64,000 nucleotides of DNA from assembly GCA_001724995.1 (NCBI GenBank), contig MEFD01000028.1, forward strand, positions 3,620-67,619, in the 5' to 3' direction. Made by a program: the position numbers and the translations under genes. Position 1 is the first letter of the stretch; every line of letters begins with the position of its first letter. The notes below the pieces were generated by a model that ran no database searches, had not been told where the DNA came from, and saw only the letters and a program-made list of their open reading frames with translations. The stretch is from Rubrivivax sp. SCN 71-131. GTDB taxonomy: Bacteria; Pseudomonadota; Gammaproteobacteria; Burkholderiales; Burkholderiaceae_C. Below are positions 12,556-22,603 of the stretch, piece after piece.

Positions 12556-13692
12556 TCAGCGGCGGTAGCGATGGGGAACGAAGGGCATCGGCGTGATGCG
12601 CATCGGCAGGCGCTGGCGGCGGATCTCGACGTAGACCTCGCCCTGCGGCTGCGCGCGATTCACGGGCACGTAGCCCATGGCGATCGGCTGGTCGAAGGTC
12701 GGTGTGATGGTGCCGCTGGTGATCTTGCCCAGGCGATGCCCGTTGATGTCGACGATGGGCGCGCCTTCGCGCACCGGCACGCGCTCGACGCCCACCAGGC
12801 CGACGCGCCGGCTCGGCGCACCCACGGACAACTGGCGCTCGAGCGCTGCCGCGCCCAGGTAGCCGCCGGCGCGCGCGCCGCCGGGGCGGCGAACCTTCTG
12901 GATCGCCCACTGCAGGCCGGCTTCGATCGGGCTCGTGCCGGTGTCGATGTCGTGACCATAGAGGCACAGCCCGGCCTCCAGGCGCAGCGTGTCGCGCGCG
13001 CCAAGGCCCGCGGGCTTGACCTCGGGCTGCGCCAGCAGCGCCTCGGCCAGCGCCAGCGCCTGTTCCTCGGGCACCGAGATCTCGAAGCCGTCCTCACCCG
13101 TGTATCCCGAACGCGTGACGAAGCAGCGCGCGCCGGCGAGATCGAACACCGCCGCGTCCATGAAGGCCATGCCAGCGACGCCCGGCGCCAGGCGTGCCAG
13201 CGCGGTCACCGCCTGCGGCCCCTGCAGTGCCAGCAGCGCGCGCTCGGGCATGGGCACGACGGCGCAGCGCGTGCCGATGTTCGACTGCAGATGCTGAATG
13301 TCGGCTGCCTTGCAGCCTGCGTTGACGACCAGCAGCAGATCGCCGAAACCGGCGTCGGCGGCCGGCCGCGCGATCATCAGGTCGTCGAGGATGCCGCCGC
13401 TGGCATTGGTGAAGAAGCCGTAGCGCTGGCGGCCGGGCTCGATGCCGAGCACGTCCACCGGCATCAGCGTCTCGAGTGCGGCCGCGGCGCCGGCGCCGAC
13501 CAGCTTCACCTGGCCCATGTGCGAGACGTCGAACAGCGCCGCCGCGGCGCGGCAGTGCTTGTGCTCGGCCACCAGGCCGGCGGCGTACTGCACCGGCATC
13601 GAGTAACCGGCGAAGGGGACCATGCGCGCGCCCAGCCGCAGGTGCAGGTCGTGCAGCGGCGTGCGCCGCAGATCATCGGATTGGCTCATGGC
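12556..13692 (-). CDS. gcvT: glycine cleavage system aminomethyltransferase T
   Basis: Start chosen at [35 protein letters not shown], a typical GcvT N-terminus. Confidence 0.95.
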   Translation of the reverse strand, partial: AMSQSDDLRRTPLHDLHLRLGARMVPFAGYSMPVQYAAGLVAEHKHCRAAAALFDVSHMGQVKLVGAGAAAALETLMPVDVLGIEPGRQRYGFFTNASGGILDDLMIARPAADAGFGDLLLVVNAGCKAADIQHLQSNIGTRCAVVPMPERALLALQGPQAVTALARLAPGVAGMAFMDAAVFDLAGARCFVTRSGYTGEDGFEISVPEEQALALAEALLAQPEVKPAGLGARDTLRLEAGLCLYGHDIDTGTSPIEAGLQWAIQKVRRPGGARAGGYLGAAALERQLSVGAPSRRVGLVGVERVPVREGAPIVDINGHRLGKITSGTITPTFDQPIAMGYVPVNRAQPQGEVYVEIRRQRLPMRITPMPFVPHRYRR

Positions 13693-13744
13693 GGACCCTC
13701 GGCTTCGTGCAGGACGCAGGCCGCCGACCCTGGTCGACGGCAAC

Positions 13745-13972
13745 GGTCCTCCCTGTCCGCTTTACCTGAGAGATTCGGTGCCTGTGCGTTGCGGCCGCTT
13801 GGCCGCAACCACCCGCCCTTGCCCCTTCGGTGGACCCGCCCAGGCCGCGCTCGGTCGAGGCTGTCTCTCTCCAGTGAGGTATTTCTGGCCAGTCCTTTTG
13901 CCTGCACGTTCGGGCCGCGACCCTGCGTCTTCGGCGGCCGCGGCTTGCGACGCGGCTCTCTCCTGACGGCCG
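13745..13972 (-). promoter_or_regulatory. tandem glycine riboswitch in the gcvT leader
   Basis: The minus strand shows two aptamers: CAGGAGAGAGCC...GCCGCCGAAGACGCAGG...GCAGGCAAAAGGACTGG, then CACTGGAGAGAGACAGCC...CCACCGAAGGGGCAAGG...CTCTCAGGTAAAGCGGACAGGGAGG. It lies directly upstream of gcvT. Confidence 0.85.
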
Positions 13973-14064
13973 GCAGTTTATCAGCCGGCCTTGCCGCGCG
14001 ACGCGCCCCGGGCGACGCGGCCGCGGGCCGACCCGGCATCACGCCCGCCTTGCAGGGGACCGCT

Positions 14065-15885
14065 TCAGTACAGCCGCACGGCGGTGTCGAACTGCCAGGT
14101 GCGGCGGATCTCGACGACGTCGACTTCGCGCGCCAGGGCAGGACCGAAGGCAGGGAAGGGGGCCATGCCCTGCACGATGCGCCGTACCGCCTCGTCGACC
14201 TCGGCGACGCCGCTGGAGACGAGGAAGCTCACCGACTCCACCGAGCCGTCGCTGCGGATGGCCACCGTCACCAGCGGCGCCCGGTGGGGACGCGCCGCCA
14301 GCTCGCGCACGCAGTCCTCGGGCGTGTTCATCTGCACCCGTCGCGCCCAGGCCTCCGCGTAGAGCACGAGTTCGACGTTCGGATCGCTGCGACCCCACAG
14401 GCGGGCGCGGCGCAGCAGGCTGGCGGCCGGGCGCGGATCGCGCTCGGCTGCGGCGCGGCGCTGCGCCTCTTCGTCGAGCTGCCGACCCATGGCGCGACGC
14501 GCGGCCTCGCGCCGCTCGTCGTCGCGGCGACGCTCCGCGTCACGCGCGGCGGCTTCACGCGCCGCGGCCTGCGCCGCCTCCGCGGCACGACGGGCGAGTT
14601 CCGCGCGCTCGGTTTCTCGGCGCTCAATCTCCCTGCGTTCTGCTTCAAGTCGCTCGGTCTCTCGGCGTTCCGCTTCCCTGCGCTCGGTTTCCCTGCGCTC
14701 GGTTTCCCTGCGCTCGGTTTCCCTGCGCTCGGTTTCCCTGCGCTCGGCTTCCCTGCGCTCGGCTTCCCTGCGCTCGGCTTCCCTGCGTTCGGCTTCCCTG
14801 CGTTCGCCGTCCTGGCGCTCGGCTTCTCTACGCTCCGCTTCTTGGCGCTCAGCTTCTCGGCGCTCCGCGTCCTGACGCTCGGCTTGCAAGCGCCGTTGCT
14901 CCTCGAGGCGCTCGCGGGCCTCGATCTCGGCGGCGCGACGGGACGCCTCTTCGCGCTCGGCCTGTTCGCGCTCCGCTTGCCGTTGTGCCGCTTGCCGCTC
15001 GGCCAGGCGCTGGGCTTCGCTGCGTTGCGCCTCGGCTGCCTCGGCGGCCTCGGCAGCCTCCCTTTGATGCACACGTGCTGCCTCGTGCTGCGCCTCGAGG
15101 GCCGCAAGACGCGCCGGTTCGGCGTCCGATGGCGGCGCATCGGGCGGCGCCGAAGGCGGATCCTCGACAGCCGACGTCGCCGTCGCCGGCTGGGGTGATG
15201 AGGCTGCGGTCGAGGCTGCGACCGCGGGAGCGCTGGCCGCGAGCGGCAGTGGCGTCGGCGCCGCCGCGGCGCTCGACAAGGGGGGCAGGGATTCGGCTGC
15301 CAGCGCCGGATCAGGCAGCGGCGCTTCCGGTTGGGTCAGGACCGGCGCGTTCACCTCCGGGTCGGCCGGCGGGCCAGAGGTGACCTCCCGCGGGTCGAAC
15401 TCCGCAAGAGCGACCGGCGCGGCTGGCGCAGCAGGCGCAGCAGGCGCAGCAGGCGCGGCTGCCGTCACCGGCTCGCTCGGGCGTGCGGCGGGCGTCTTGT
15501 CCTGAGGCCCGGACCGGTCGGCACGAGGCGACCGGCGCGGCGCGGGCGGCGCGGGCGGCGTCGCGGCGCGCGCGGCTTCGGGTGCGCGCGCCAGCACGGC
15601 CGGCGCCGCCGGCCACACCACGTCGACCGACGGCGGCGGCGCCGCCGCCGCCACCTCGGGTGCGGCCGATGCCGGTTCGGGCCCGAGGACGATGCGCAGC
15701 GGCGCCTCGACGCGCCGCTCCTGCCAGGGCAGCAGCAGGCCCGGCAGACCGGGGCCATCGCCGTCGAACTGCAGACTCAGCAGCAGCAGGTGCAGCAGCA
15801 ACGACAGCAGCAGGGCCGGTCGCAAGCGGCTGCGAGGGCCAGTGCAGCCGCGCCGGGGCTGCAGGCCAAGGTCTGCGCTCGGCAC
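14065..15885 (-). CDS. TonB-like membrane protein with Pro/Ala-rich spacer and a long Glu/Arg repeat region
   Basis: N-terminal anchor RPALLLSLLLHLLLLSL, PA-rich segment, (RREAE/RRETE)n block, and C-terminal TonB_C-like fold ...VTVAIRSDGSVESVSFLVSSGVAEVDEAVRRIV. The start codon (GTG 15885) is uncertain. Confidence 0.7.
   Translation of the reverse strand: MPSADLGLQPRRGCTGPRSRLRPALLLSLLLHLLLLSLQFDGDGPGLPGLLLPWQERRVEAPLRIVLGPEPASAAPEVAAAAPPPSVDVVWPAAPAVLARAPEAARAATPPAPPAPRRSPRADRSGPQDKTPAARPSEPVTAAAPAAPAAPAAPAAPVALAEFDPREVTSGPPADPEVNAPVLTQPEAPLPDPALAAESLPPLSSAAAAPTPLPLAASAPAVAASTAASSPQPATATSAVEDPPSAPPDAPPSDAEPARLAALEAQHEAARVHQREAAEAAEAAEAQRSEAQRLAERQAAQRQAEREQAEREEASRRAAEIEARERLEEQRRLQAERQDAERREAERQEAERREAERQDGERREAERREAERREAERREAERRETERRETERRETERRETERREAERRETERLEAERREIERRETERAELARRAAEAAQAAAREAAARDAERRRDDERREAARRAMGRQLDEEAQRRAAAERDPRPAASLLRRARLWGRSDPNVELVLYAEAWARRVQMNTPEDCVRELAARPHRAPLVTVAIRSDGSVESVSFLVSSGVAEVDEAVRRIVQGMAPFPAFGPALAREVDVVEIRRTWQFDTAVRLY
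14674..14808. repeat. 15-bp in-frame tandem repeat, 9 near-identical copies (degenerate copies extend to about 14614-14885)
   Basis: TTCCCTGCGCTCGGT/C repeated head to tail. It encodes the ERRE(A/T) pentapeptide repeats of the TonB-like protein. Confidence 0.9.
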
Positions 15886-15966
15886 GTGAGGGCGGGCATC
15901 GATGCCGGGGTGGGGGGGAGCGGCATCGTAGCGGCTCCCCGGGCACGGCGGCTGCGCCAGCGGCGT

Positions 15967-16968
15967 CTACAGCGGCTTCTTCAGCCAGTGCCCGAGTTCG
16001 CCGATGATGCCGCGGCGAAAGGCCAGCACGCAGACGACGAAGATCGCGCCCTGCACGACGGTGACCCAGGCGCCGAGTTCGGCGAGGTAGTTCTGCATCG
16101 TGACGATCACCGCCGCGCCGACCACCGGGCCGAAGATCGTGCCCATGCCACCGAGCAGGGTCATCAGCACCACTTCGCCGGACATGCTCCAGTGCACGTC
16201 GGTCAGCGAGGCGAGCTGGAAGAGGATCGCCTTGGTGCCGCCGGCCACGCCGGCCAGCGCCGCCGAGAGCACGAAGGCGCGGTGCTTGAATCGGTCGGCG
16301 TCGTAGCCCAGCGAGATCGCGCGCGGCTCGTTTTCGCGGATCGCCTGCAGCACCTGGCCGAAGGGCGAGTGCACGATGCGGTAGATGAGCGCAAAGCCGG
16401 CGACGAAGATCACCAGTACGAAGGCGTACATGGCCATCGGCTGCGAGAGGTCGACGAGGCCGAAGAGGCGGCCGCGCGGCACCGCCTGGATGCCGTCCTC
16501 GCCGCCGGTGAAGGGCGCCTGCAGGCTGAAGAAGAAGACCATCTGCGCCAGCGCGAGCGTGATCATGGCGAAGTAGATGCCCTGGCGGCGAATCGCCAGC
16601 AGGCCCGTCAGCCAGCCCAAAGCACCGGCGCAGAGCGCGGCGAAGAGCACCGCCAGCTCGGGCGTGAAGCCCCAGACCTTGGCCGAATGCGCGGCGGCGT
16701 AGCCGGCGCTGCCGATGAACATCGCGTGGCCGAACGACAGCAGGCCGCCGTAGCCCAGCAGCAGGTTGAAGGCGCAGGCGAAGAGCGCGAAGCACATCAC
16801 CTTCATCATGAAGACCGGGTACACGCCGAGCAGCGGCGCGCCGATGAGCGCCGCCAGCATGATCGCGAAAGCGATGCGGTGCGCGCGCGCCGTGGCCCGC
16901 TCGCGCTTGCGCGTGGCGGGCGCGGCCTCGGTCGTGCCCTGGGAGGAGGAACTCGCGGCGGTGCTCAT
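15967..16968 (-). CDS. livM: branched-chain amino acid ABC transporter permease (LivM type)
   Basis: 333 aa polytopic membrane protein, last gene of the liv-like operon. Confidence 0.9.
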   Translation of the reverse strand: MSTAASSSSQGTTEAAPATRKRERATARAHRIAFAIMLAALIGAPLLGVYPVFMMKVMCFALFACAFNLLLGYGGLLSFGHAMFIGSAGYAAAHSAKVWGFTPELAVLFAALCAGALGWLTGLLAIRRQGIYFAMITLALAQMVFFFSLQAPFTGGEDGIQAVPRGRLFGLVDLSQPMAMYAFVLVIFVAGFALIYRIVHSPFGQVLQAIRENEPRAISLGYDADRFKHRAFVLSAALAGVAGGTKAILFQLASLTDVHWSMSGEVVLMTLLGGMGTIFGPVVGAAVIVTMQNYLAELGAWVTVVQGAIFVVCVLAFRRGIIGELGHWLKKPL

Positions 16969-16972
16969 GGCC

Positions 16973-17851
16973 TCACCTCTGGCTGCCGAAGAGTCCGGCC
17001 GGGCGCGTCAGCAGCACGAGGGTCATGATGATGAAGATGACGGTGGTCGAGGCCTCGGGGTAGAAGACCTTGGTCAGACCCTCGACCAGCCCGAGGCCGA
17101 AGCCGGTGACGATCGAGCCCATGATCGAGCCCATGCCGCCGATCACCACCACGGCGAAGACGACGATGATCAGGTCCGCGCCCATCAGCGGGCTGACCTG
17201 GTAGATGGGTGCCGCCATCACGCCGGCCAGCGCCGCCAGGCCGACGCCGAAGCCGAAGGTGAGCGTGATCATGCGCGGCACGTTGATGCCGAAGGCCTGC
17301 ACCAGCTGCGGGTTCTCGGTGGCCGCGCGCAGGTAGCCGCCCAGGCGCGTGTGTTCGATGACGAACCAGGTCGTCAGGCAGACGACGAGCGAGGCGACGA
17401 TGACCCAGCCGCGGTAGTTGGGCAGGAACATGAAGCCCAGGTTCTGCCCGCCCTGCAACTGCTCGGGAATGGCGTAGGGCAGGCCGGTGGATCCGAATTC
17501 GTTGCGGAACAGCCCCTGCAGGATGAGCGCGAGGCCGAAGGTCAGCAGCAGACCGTAGAGGTGGTCGAGCTTGTAGAGGCGGGCGAGCATCGTGCGCTCG
17601 ACGACGATGCCGGTGGCACCGATGACGATGGGCGAGACGAGCAGCGCCCACCAATAGCTCAGCCCGGTCTTGTTGAGCAGCAGGTAGGCGCCGAAGGCGC
17701 CCATCATGTAGAAGGCGCCGTGGGCGAAGTTGATGATGTTGAGCAGGCCGAAGATGACCGCCAGCCCGAGCGACAGCAGGGCATAGAAGGAGCCGTTGAT
17801 CAGGCCGATGAGCATCTGGCCCATCAAGGCCTGGATCGGGATGTCGAACAT
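16973..17851 (-). CDS. livH: branched-chain amino acid ABC transporter permease (LivH type)
   Basis: 292 aa. N-terminus ...LIGLINGSFYALLSLGLAVIFGLLNIINFAHGAFYMMGAF is a LivH hallmark. Confidence 0.92.
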   Translation of the reverse strand: MFDIPIQALMGQMLIGLINGSFYALLSLGLAVIFGLLNIINFAHGAFYMMGAFGAYLLLNKTGLSYWWALLVSPIVIGATGIVVERTMLARLYKLDHLYGLLLTFGLALILQGLFRNEFGSTGLPYAIPEQLQGGQNLGFMFLPNYRGWVIVASLVVCLTTWFVIEHTRLGGYLRAATENPQLVQAFGINVPRMITLTFGFGVGLAALAGVMAAPIYQVSPLMGADLIIVVFAVVVIGGMGSIMGSIVTGFGLGLVEGLTKVFYPEASTTVIFIIMTLVLLTRPAGLFGSQR

Positions 17852-17912
17852 GCTCGTGCGCGTGGAGGACGCGTGCGGGTCGCGCGGGGCTGGCGGGATC
17901 GGCGGCTGCGGC

Positions 17913-19130
17913 TTACTTGACGAGCGGGCAGTTGCCGTCCTTCAGCGGGCGGAAGGCCTGGTCGGCCGGGATGGTCTGCAGCACCTTGTAGTAGTCGTAG
18001 GCGTACTTCGACTCGGCCGGCTTCTTCACTTCCACCAGGTAGGCCGGGTGGATCTTGCGGCCGTCGACGCGAATGCTGCCCTTGCCGAACAGCGGGTCGT
18101 CGGTGGGCATCTCCTTCATCTTGACCACGACCTTGGCGCCGTCGGCGTCTTCCTGCAACGCGTCGACCGCCTTCAGGTAGTGCAGCAGGCCCGCATAGAC
18201 GCCGGCCTGCACCATGGTGGGCATGCGGTTGCCGTGCAGCGCGCCAAAACGCTTGGACCAGGCGCGCGTGGCGTCGTTCATGTCCCAGTAGAAGGTCGTC
18301 GTCACCTGCAGCCCCTGCGCAGTCTTCAGGCCCAGGCCGTGGATGTCGGAGAGGAAGACGAGGAGGCCGGCCATCTTCTGGCCGCCGGCGACGATGCCGA
18401 ACTCGGCCGCCTGCTTGATCGAGTTGATGGTGTCGTTGCCGGCGTTGGCCAGGCCGACGATCTTCGCCTTGGACGACTGCGCCTGCAGCAGGAAGGAGGA
18501 GAAGTCGGTCGTGCCCAGCGGCACGCGAACGGCACCCAGCACCTTGCCGCCCGAGGCCTTGACGACGTCGGCGGTGTCCTTCTCCAGCGCGTGGCCGAAG
18601 GCGTAGTCGGCGGTGATGAAGAACCAGGTGTCGCCGCCGTTCTTGACGACCGCCGAGCCGGTGCCGTGCGCGAGCATCCAGGTGTCGTAGGTCCAGTGCA
18701 CGGTGTTGGGGGTGCAGGCCTTGCCGGTGAGGTCGGAGCTGCCGCCGGTCGAGTTGAGCATCAGCTTGTTCTTCTCCTTCACGACCTGGGCGACCGCCAG
18801 CGCGACCGAGGAGGTGGGCACGTCGAGGATCATGTCGACGCCGTCGGAGTCGATCCACTTGCGCGTGATGCTGGAGCCCACGTCCGGCTTGTTCTGGTGG
18901 TCGGCCGAGACGATCTCGATCTTCAGCTTGGAGCCGGTCTGCTTGACGTAGTCCTCGACCGCCATCTTCGCGGCGACGACGGAGCCCGGGCCGGCGAGGT
19001 CGGCGTAGGGGCCGCTCATGTCGTTGAGCACCCCGATCCTGACGACGCCGTCGCTGATCGCGGCCTGGGCGCCGCCGGTCAGGGCCAGGCCGAAGCCGGC
19101 GATCAGCGTGCTGAGCATGGTGCGTTTCAT
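17913..19130 (-). CDS. ABC transporter substrate-binding protein (LivK/amide-urea-type periplasmic binding fold)
   Basis: Start set at MKRTMLSTLIAGFGLALTGGAQA (signal peptide). Periplasmic_binding type I-like sequence. Confidence 0.88.
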   Translation of the reverse strand: MKRTMLSTLIAGFGLALTGGAQAAISDGVVRIGVLNDMSGPYADLAGPGSVVAAKMAVEDYVKQTGSKLKIEIVSADHQNKPDVGSSITRKWIDSDGVDMILDVPTSSVALAVAQVVKEKNKLMLNSTGGSSDLTGKACTPNTVHWTYDTWMLAHGTGSAVVKNGGDTWFFITADYAFGHALEKDTADVVKASGGKVLGAVRVPLGTTDFSSFLLQAQSSKAKIVGLANAGNDTINSIKQAAEFGIVAGGQKMAGLLVFLSDIHGLGLKTAQGLQVTTTFYWDMNDATRAWSKRFGALHGNRMPTMVQAGVYAGLLHYLKAVDALQEDADGAKVVVKMKEMPTDDPLFGKGSIRVDGRKIHPAYLVEVKKPAESKYAYDYYKVLQTIPADQAFRPLKDGNCPLVK

Positions 19131-19194
19131 GGTGTCTCTCCTTCTGGCGGTTGAGGGATGTGGGGTGGCAGGCCTTGACACAGGCCACGGAATT

Positions 19195-19905
19195 TCAGAC
19201 GCCCAGAACCTGGTGCAGCATTTCCATGTTGTCGGGCAGTTCGGCAGCGCTCAACTCGCGCAGGATCAGGCCGCGCTCCATGATGTAGAAGCGATCCGAC
19301 AGCGGCGCGGCGAAGCGGAAGTTCTGCTCCACCATCAGCACCGTGAAGCCGCGCGCGCGCAGTTCGCGGATCATTCGCGTCAGCGCCTGCACGATCACCG
19401 GCGCCAGACCTTCGGAAATCTCGTCCAGCAGCAGGATGCGCGCGCCGGTGCGCAGGATGCGCGCCACCGCGAGCATCTGCTGCTCGCCCCCCGAGAGGCG
19501 CCCGCCAGGGCTGGCGCGGCGCGTCTTCAGGTTGGGGAACATCTCGTAGATCTCGTCGATGCCCAGGCCGCCCTCGGCGACCTTCGGCGGCAGCAGCAGG
19601 TTCTCCTCGCAGGAGAGCGAGGCGAGGATGCCGCGCTCCTCCGGGCAATAGCCCACGCCCAGGCGTGCGATCTGGTGCGGCGGCATGCGCACGGTGTCGA
19701 CGCCGTCCACGCGGATGAAGCCGGTGCGCTTGCCGACCAGGCCCATCAGTGCGCGCAGACTGGTGGTGCGGCCGGCGCCGTTGCGACCGAGCAAGCTGAC
19801 CACCTCGCCGCGGCGCACCTGGAAGTTGACGCCGTGCAGGATGTGCGACTCGCCGTACCAGGCGTGCACGTCCCTGAACTCGATCGCGAGGGCCTTGTCG
19901 CTCAT
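19195..19905 (-). CDS. livF: branched-chain amino acid ABC transporter ATP-binding protein (LivF type)
   Basis: Walker A GRNGAGRTT, signature LSGGEQQML, Walker B ILLLDE. Confidence 0.93.
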   Translation of the reverse strand: MSDKALAIEFRDVHAWYGESHILHGVNFQVRRGEVVSLLGRNGAGRTTSLRALMGLVGKRTGFIRVDGVDTVRMPPHQIARLGVGYCPEERGILASLSCEENLLLPPKVAEGGLGIDEIYEMFPNLKTRRASPGGRLSGGEQQMLAVARILRTGARILLLDEISEGLAPVIVQALTRMIRELRARGFTVLMVEQNFRFAAPLSDRFYIMERGLILRELSAAELPDNMEMLHQVLGV

Positions 19906-19928
19906 GGTCGCTTGCCGGCTCGCGAGTC

Positions 19929-20705
19929 TCAGGCCCCGAGGCCCTGCAGTTCTTCCGCGGCGTTGCCCATGTAGGCCTGCAGCACCTGCGGGTTACGCGC
20001 GACCTCGCCGTAAGGCCCTTCGGCGATCACCTGGCCGTACTGCAGCACGGTGATGGTGTCGGCGATGCTGCCGACCACGCCCATGTTGTGCTCGACCATG
20101 AGGATGGTGCGGTTGGCGGCGACCTTCTTGATGAGCTGCGTCACCATCTCGACGTCCTCGTGGCCCATGCCCTGGGTGGGTTCGTCGAGCAGCATCAGCT
20201 TCGGGTCCATCGCCAGCGTGGTGGCGATCTCGAGCGCGCGCTTGCGCCCATAGGGCAGCTCCATCGCCGGCAGTTCGGCGAATTCGGCGAGGCCGACGTG
20301 GTGCAGCAGTTCCATGCAGCGGCCGTTGAGCTTGTCGAGCGTGCGCGCCGACTGCCAGAAATTGAAGGCCGTGCCCAGCGTCGGCTGCAGCGCCACGCGC
20401 ACGTTCTCGAGTGCGGTCATGCGCGGGAAGGTGGAGGAGATCTGGAACGAGCGCACCATGCCGCGCCGCGCGATCTGTGCGGGCTTCTCCTTCGTGATGT
20501 CCACGCTTTCGAAGAGGATCTGGCCCTGGGTGGGGGCGTGGAACTTGGTGAGCAGGTTGAAACAGGTGGTCTTGCCGGCGCCGTTGGGGCCGATCAGCGC
20601 GTGGATGGTGCCGCGGCGCACCTTCAGGTCGACCTTGTCCACCGCGACGAAGCCATTGAAGTCCTTGAGCAGACCACGGGTCTCGAGGATCACGTCGGCT
20701 GACAT
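19929..20705 (-). CDS. livG: branched-chain amino acid ABC transporter ATP-binding protein (LivG type)
   Basis: Start at internal ATG 20705 (MSADVILETRGLLKDFNGF). Walker A GPNGAGKTT and Walker B LMLLDEP. Confidence 0.92.
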   Translation of the reverse strand: MSADVILETRGLLKDFNGFVAVDKVDLKVRRGTIHALIGPNGAGKTTCFNLLTKFHAPTQGQILFESVDITKEKPAQIARRGMVRSFQISSTFPRMTALENVRVALQPTLGTAFNFWQSARTLDKLNGRCMELLHHVGLAEFAELPAMELPYGRKRALEIATTLAMDPKLMLLDEPTQGMGHEDVEMVTQLIKKVAANRTILMVEHNMGVVGSIADTITVLQYGQVIAEGPYGEVARNPQVLQAYMGNAAEELQGLGA

Positions 20706-20892
20706 CGTACGGATTCGGTGGGATGGCTTCGGGCAGCGCCTGGGCTTGGCGAGGAGCATTATTCGGGCTGCGGGCGTCGCATCGCGCCCGGGTTTGTGCT
20801 TAAGCGCGAACACGATGGCCGCCACATCATCGGCCGTCGGTCGCTGCCGCCGTGCCTTTCATCCCCGTCGCCCACTCCCTTCGGTCCACGCC

Positions 20893-22539
20893 ATGAACAT
20901 CTACGACCAACACCTGGAGCGCCAGCGCGCCAACCACGTGGCGCTGAGCCCCGTGAGCTTCGTCGAGCGCAGCGCCGAGGTCTTCGGCGACCTGCCCGCC
21001 GTCATCCACGGCCGTCGGCGCACCACCTGGGCCCAGGTGCGCGAGCGCTCGGCCCGGCTGGCCGCGGCGCTGCAGGCGCTCGGCGTGGGGCGCGGCAGCA
21101 CGGTCAGCGTGATGCTGCCGAACACGCCGGAGATGGTCGAGGCGCACTACGCGGTGCCGGCGCTCGGCGCGGTGCTGAACACGCTGAACACACGGCTGGA
21201 CGCGCCGCTGCTGGCCTGGCAGATGCACCACTGCGAGGCGAAGGTGCTGATCACCGACCGCGAGTTCGCGCCGACCATGGCCGACGCCGTGGCCCGCCTG
21301 CGCGAGCAGCACGGTGTGGCGCTGCACGTCATCGACGTCTGCGACAGCGAGTACGACGGTGCCGGCGAACGCATCGGCGAGCACGAGTACGAGGCCCTGC
21401 TGGCCGCGCACGCGCCGCTGCTGCGGCTGGAAGGGTCCGTCGACGAGTGGGACGCCATCGCCGTCAGCTACACCAGCGGCACCACCGGCGACCCCAAGGG
21501 CGTGGTCACGCATCACCGCGGCGCCTACCTGAACGCCGTCTGCAACGCCGTCACCTGGACCCTGCCGCACTTCGCGAAGTATCTCTGGACGCTGCCGATG
21601 TTCCACTGCAACGGCTGGTGCTTCCCGTGGACGATCGCGCTGCTGGGCGGCACGCACGTCTGCCTGCGCCGCGTCGAGGCCAAGGCGATGCTCGACGCGA
21701 TGCGCGAGCACGGCGCGGACCACTACTGCGCCGCGCCCATCGTGCACAAGCTGATCCTCGATGCGCCGCCCGAATGGCGCGAAGGCATTCCGCCGAAGGT
21801 GCGCGGCATGGTCGCCGGCGCCGCGCCGCCAGCTTCGATGATCGAAGGCATGGCCGCCATCGGCTTCGACATCACCCACGTCTACGGCCTCACCGAGGTC
21901 TACGGCCCGGCGGCCGTGGCCGTCAAGCGCGAGCGCTGGACGCAGGAGAACCTGTCCGAGCAGACGCGGCTCAACGGCCGCCAGGGCGTGCGCTACGCGC
22001 TGCAGGAAGGCATGACGGTGATGGACCCGCAGACGATGCGCGAGGTGCCCGCCGACGGGCAGACGATGGGGGAGATCATGTTTCGCGGCAACCTCGTGAT
22101 GAAGGGCTACCTGAAGAACCCGGTCGCCACCGACAAGGCCTTCGAAGGCGGCTGGTTCCACACCGGCGACCTGGCGGTGCTGGAGAGCGACCGCTACGTG
22201 AAGATCAAGGACCGCAGCAAGGACGTGATCATCAGCGGCGGCGAGAACATCAGCTCGATCGAGGTCGAGGACGCGCTCTACCGCCATCCGGCCATCGTGG
22301 CCTGCGCGGTGGTGGCGCGGCCCGATCCGAAGTGGGGCGAGTCGCCGGTGGCCTACGTCGAGACCAAGGAGGGCAGCGCGGTCAGCGCCGCGGACCTGAT
22401 CGCGCACTGCAAGAGCCTGCTCGCGGGCTACAAGGTACCCAGGGAGATCCGCTTCGAGGCGATCCCGAAGACGAGCACCGGCAAGATCCAGAAGTTCCAG
22501 CTGCGCGAGCGCGCGCGCAGCAGCAGCGCGATCGAATAG
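20893..22539 (+). CDS. acyl-CoA synthetase (AMP-forming, ANL superfamily)
   Basis: Start at MNIYDQHLERQRANH. Motifs YTSGTTGDPKGV, GWFHTGD and IPKTSTGKIQK. The upstream 190 codons of the track ORF are antisense to livG. Confidence 0.93.
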   Translation: MNIYDQHLERQRANHVALSPVSFVERSAEVFGDLPAVIHGRRRTTWAQVRERSARLAAALQALGVGRGSTVSVMLPNTPEMVEAHYAVPALGAVLNTLNTRLDAPLLAWQMHHCEAKVLITDREFAPTMADAVARLREQHGVALHVIDVCDSEYDGAGERIGEHEYEALLAAHAPLLRLEGSVDEWDAIAVSYTSGTTGDPKGVVTHHRGAYLNAVCNAVTWTLPHFAKYLWTLPMFHCNGWCFPWTIALLGGTHVCLRRVEAKAMLDAMREHGADHYCAAPIVHKLILDAPPEWREGIPPKVRGMVAGAAPPASMIEGMAAIGFDITHVYGLTEVYGPAAVAVKRERWTQENLSEQTRLNGRQGVRYALQEGMTVMDPQTMREVPADGQTMGEIMFRGNLVMKGYLKNPVATDKAFEGGWFHTGDLAVLESDRYVKIKDRSKDVIISGGENISSIEVEDALYRHPAIVACAVVARPDPKWGESPVAYVETKEGSAVSAADLIAHCKSLLAGYKVPREIRFEAIPKTSTGKIQKFQLRERARSSSAIE

Positions 22540-22603
22540 GGATGCGCGGACGCGCTACGATGAATTTCTCGCGGCCACCGGTGGCCGCCACCGGAGCAAG
22601 AGG

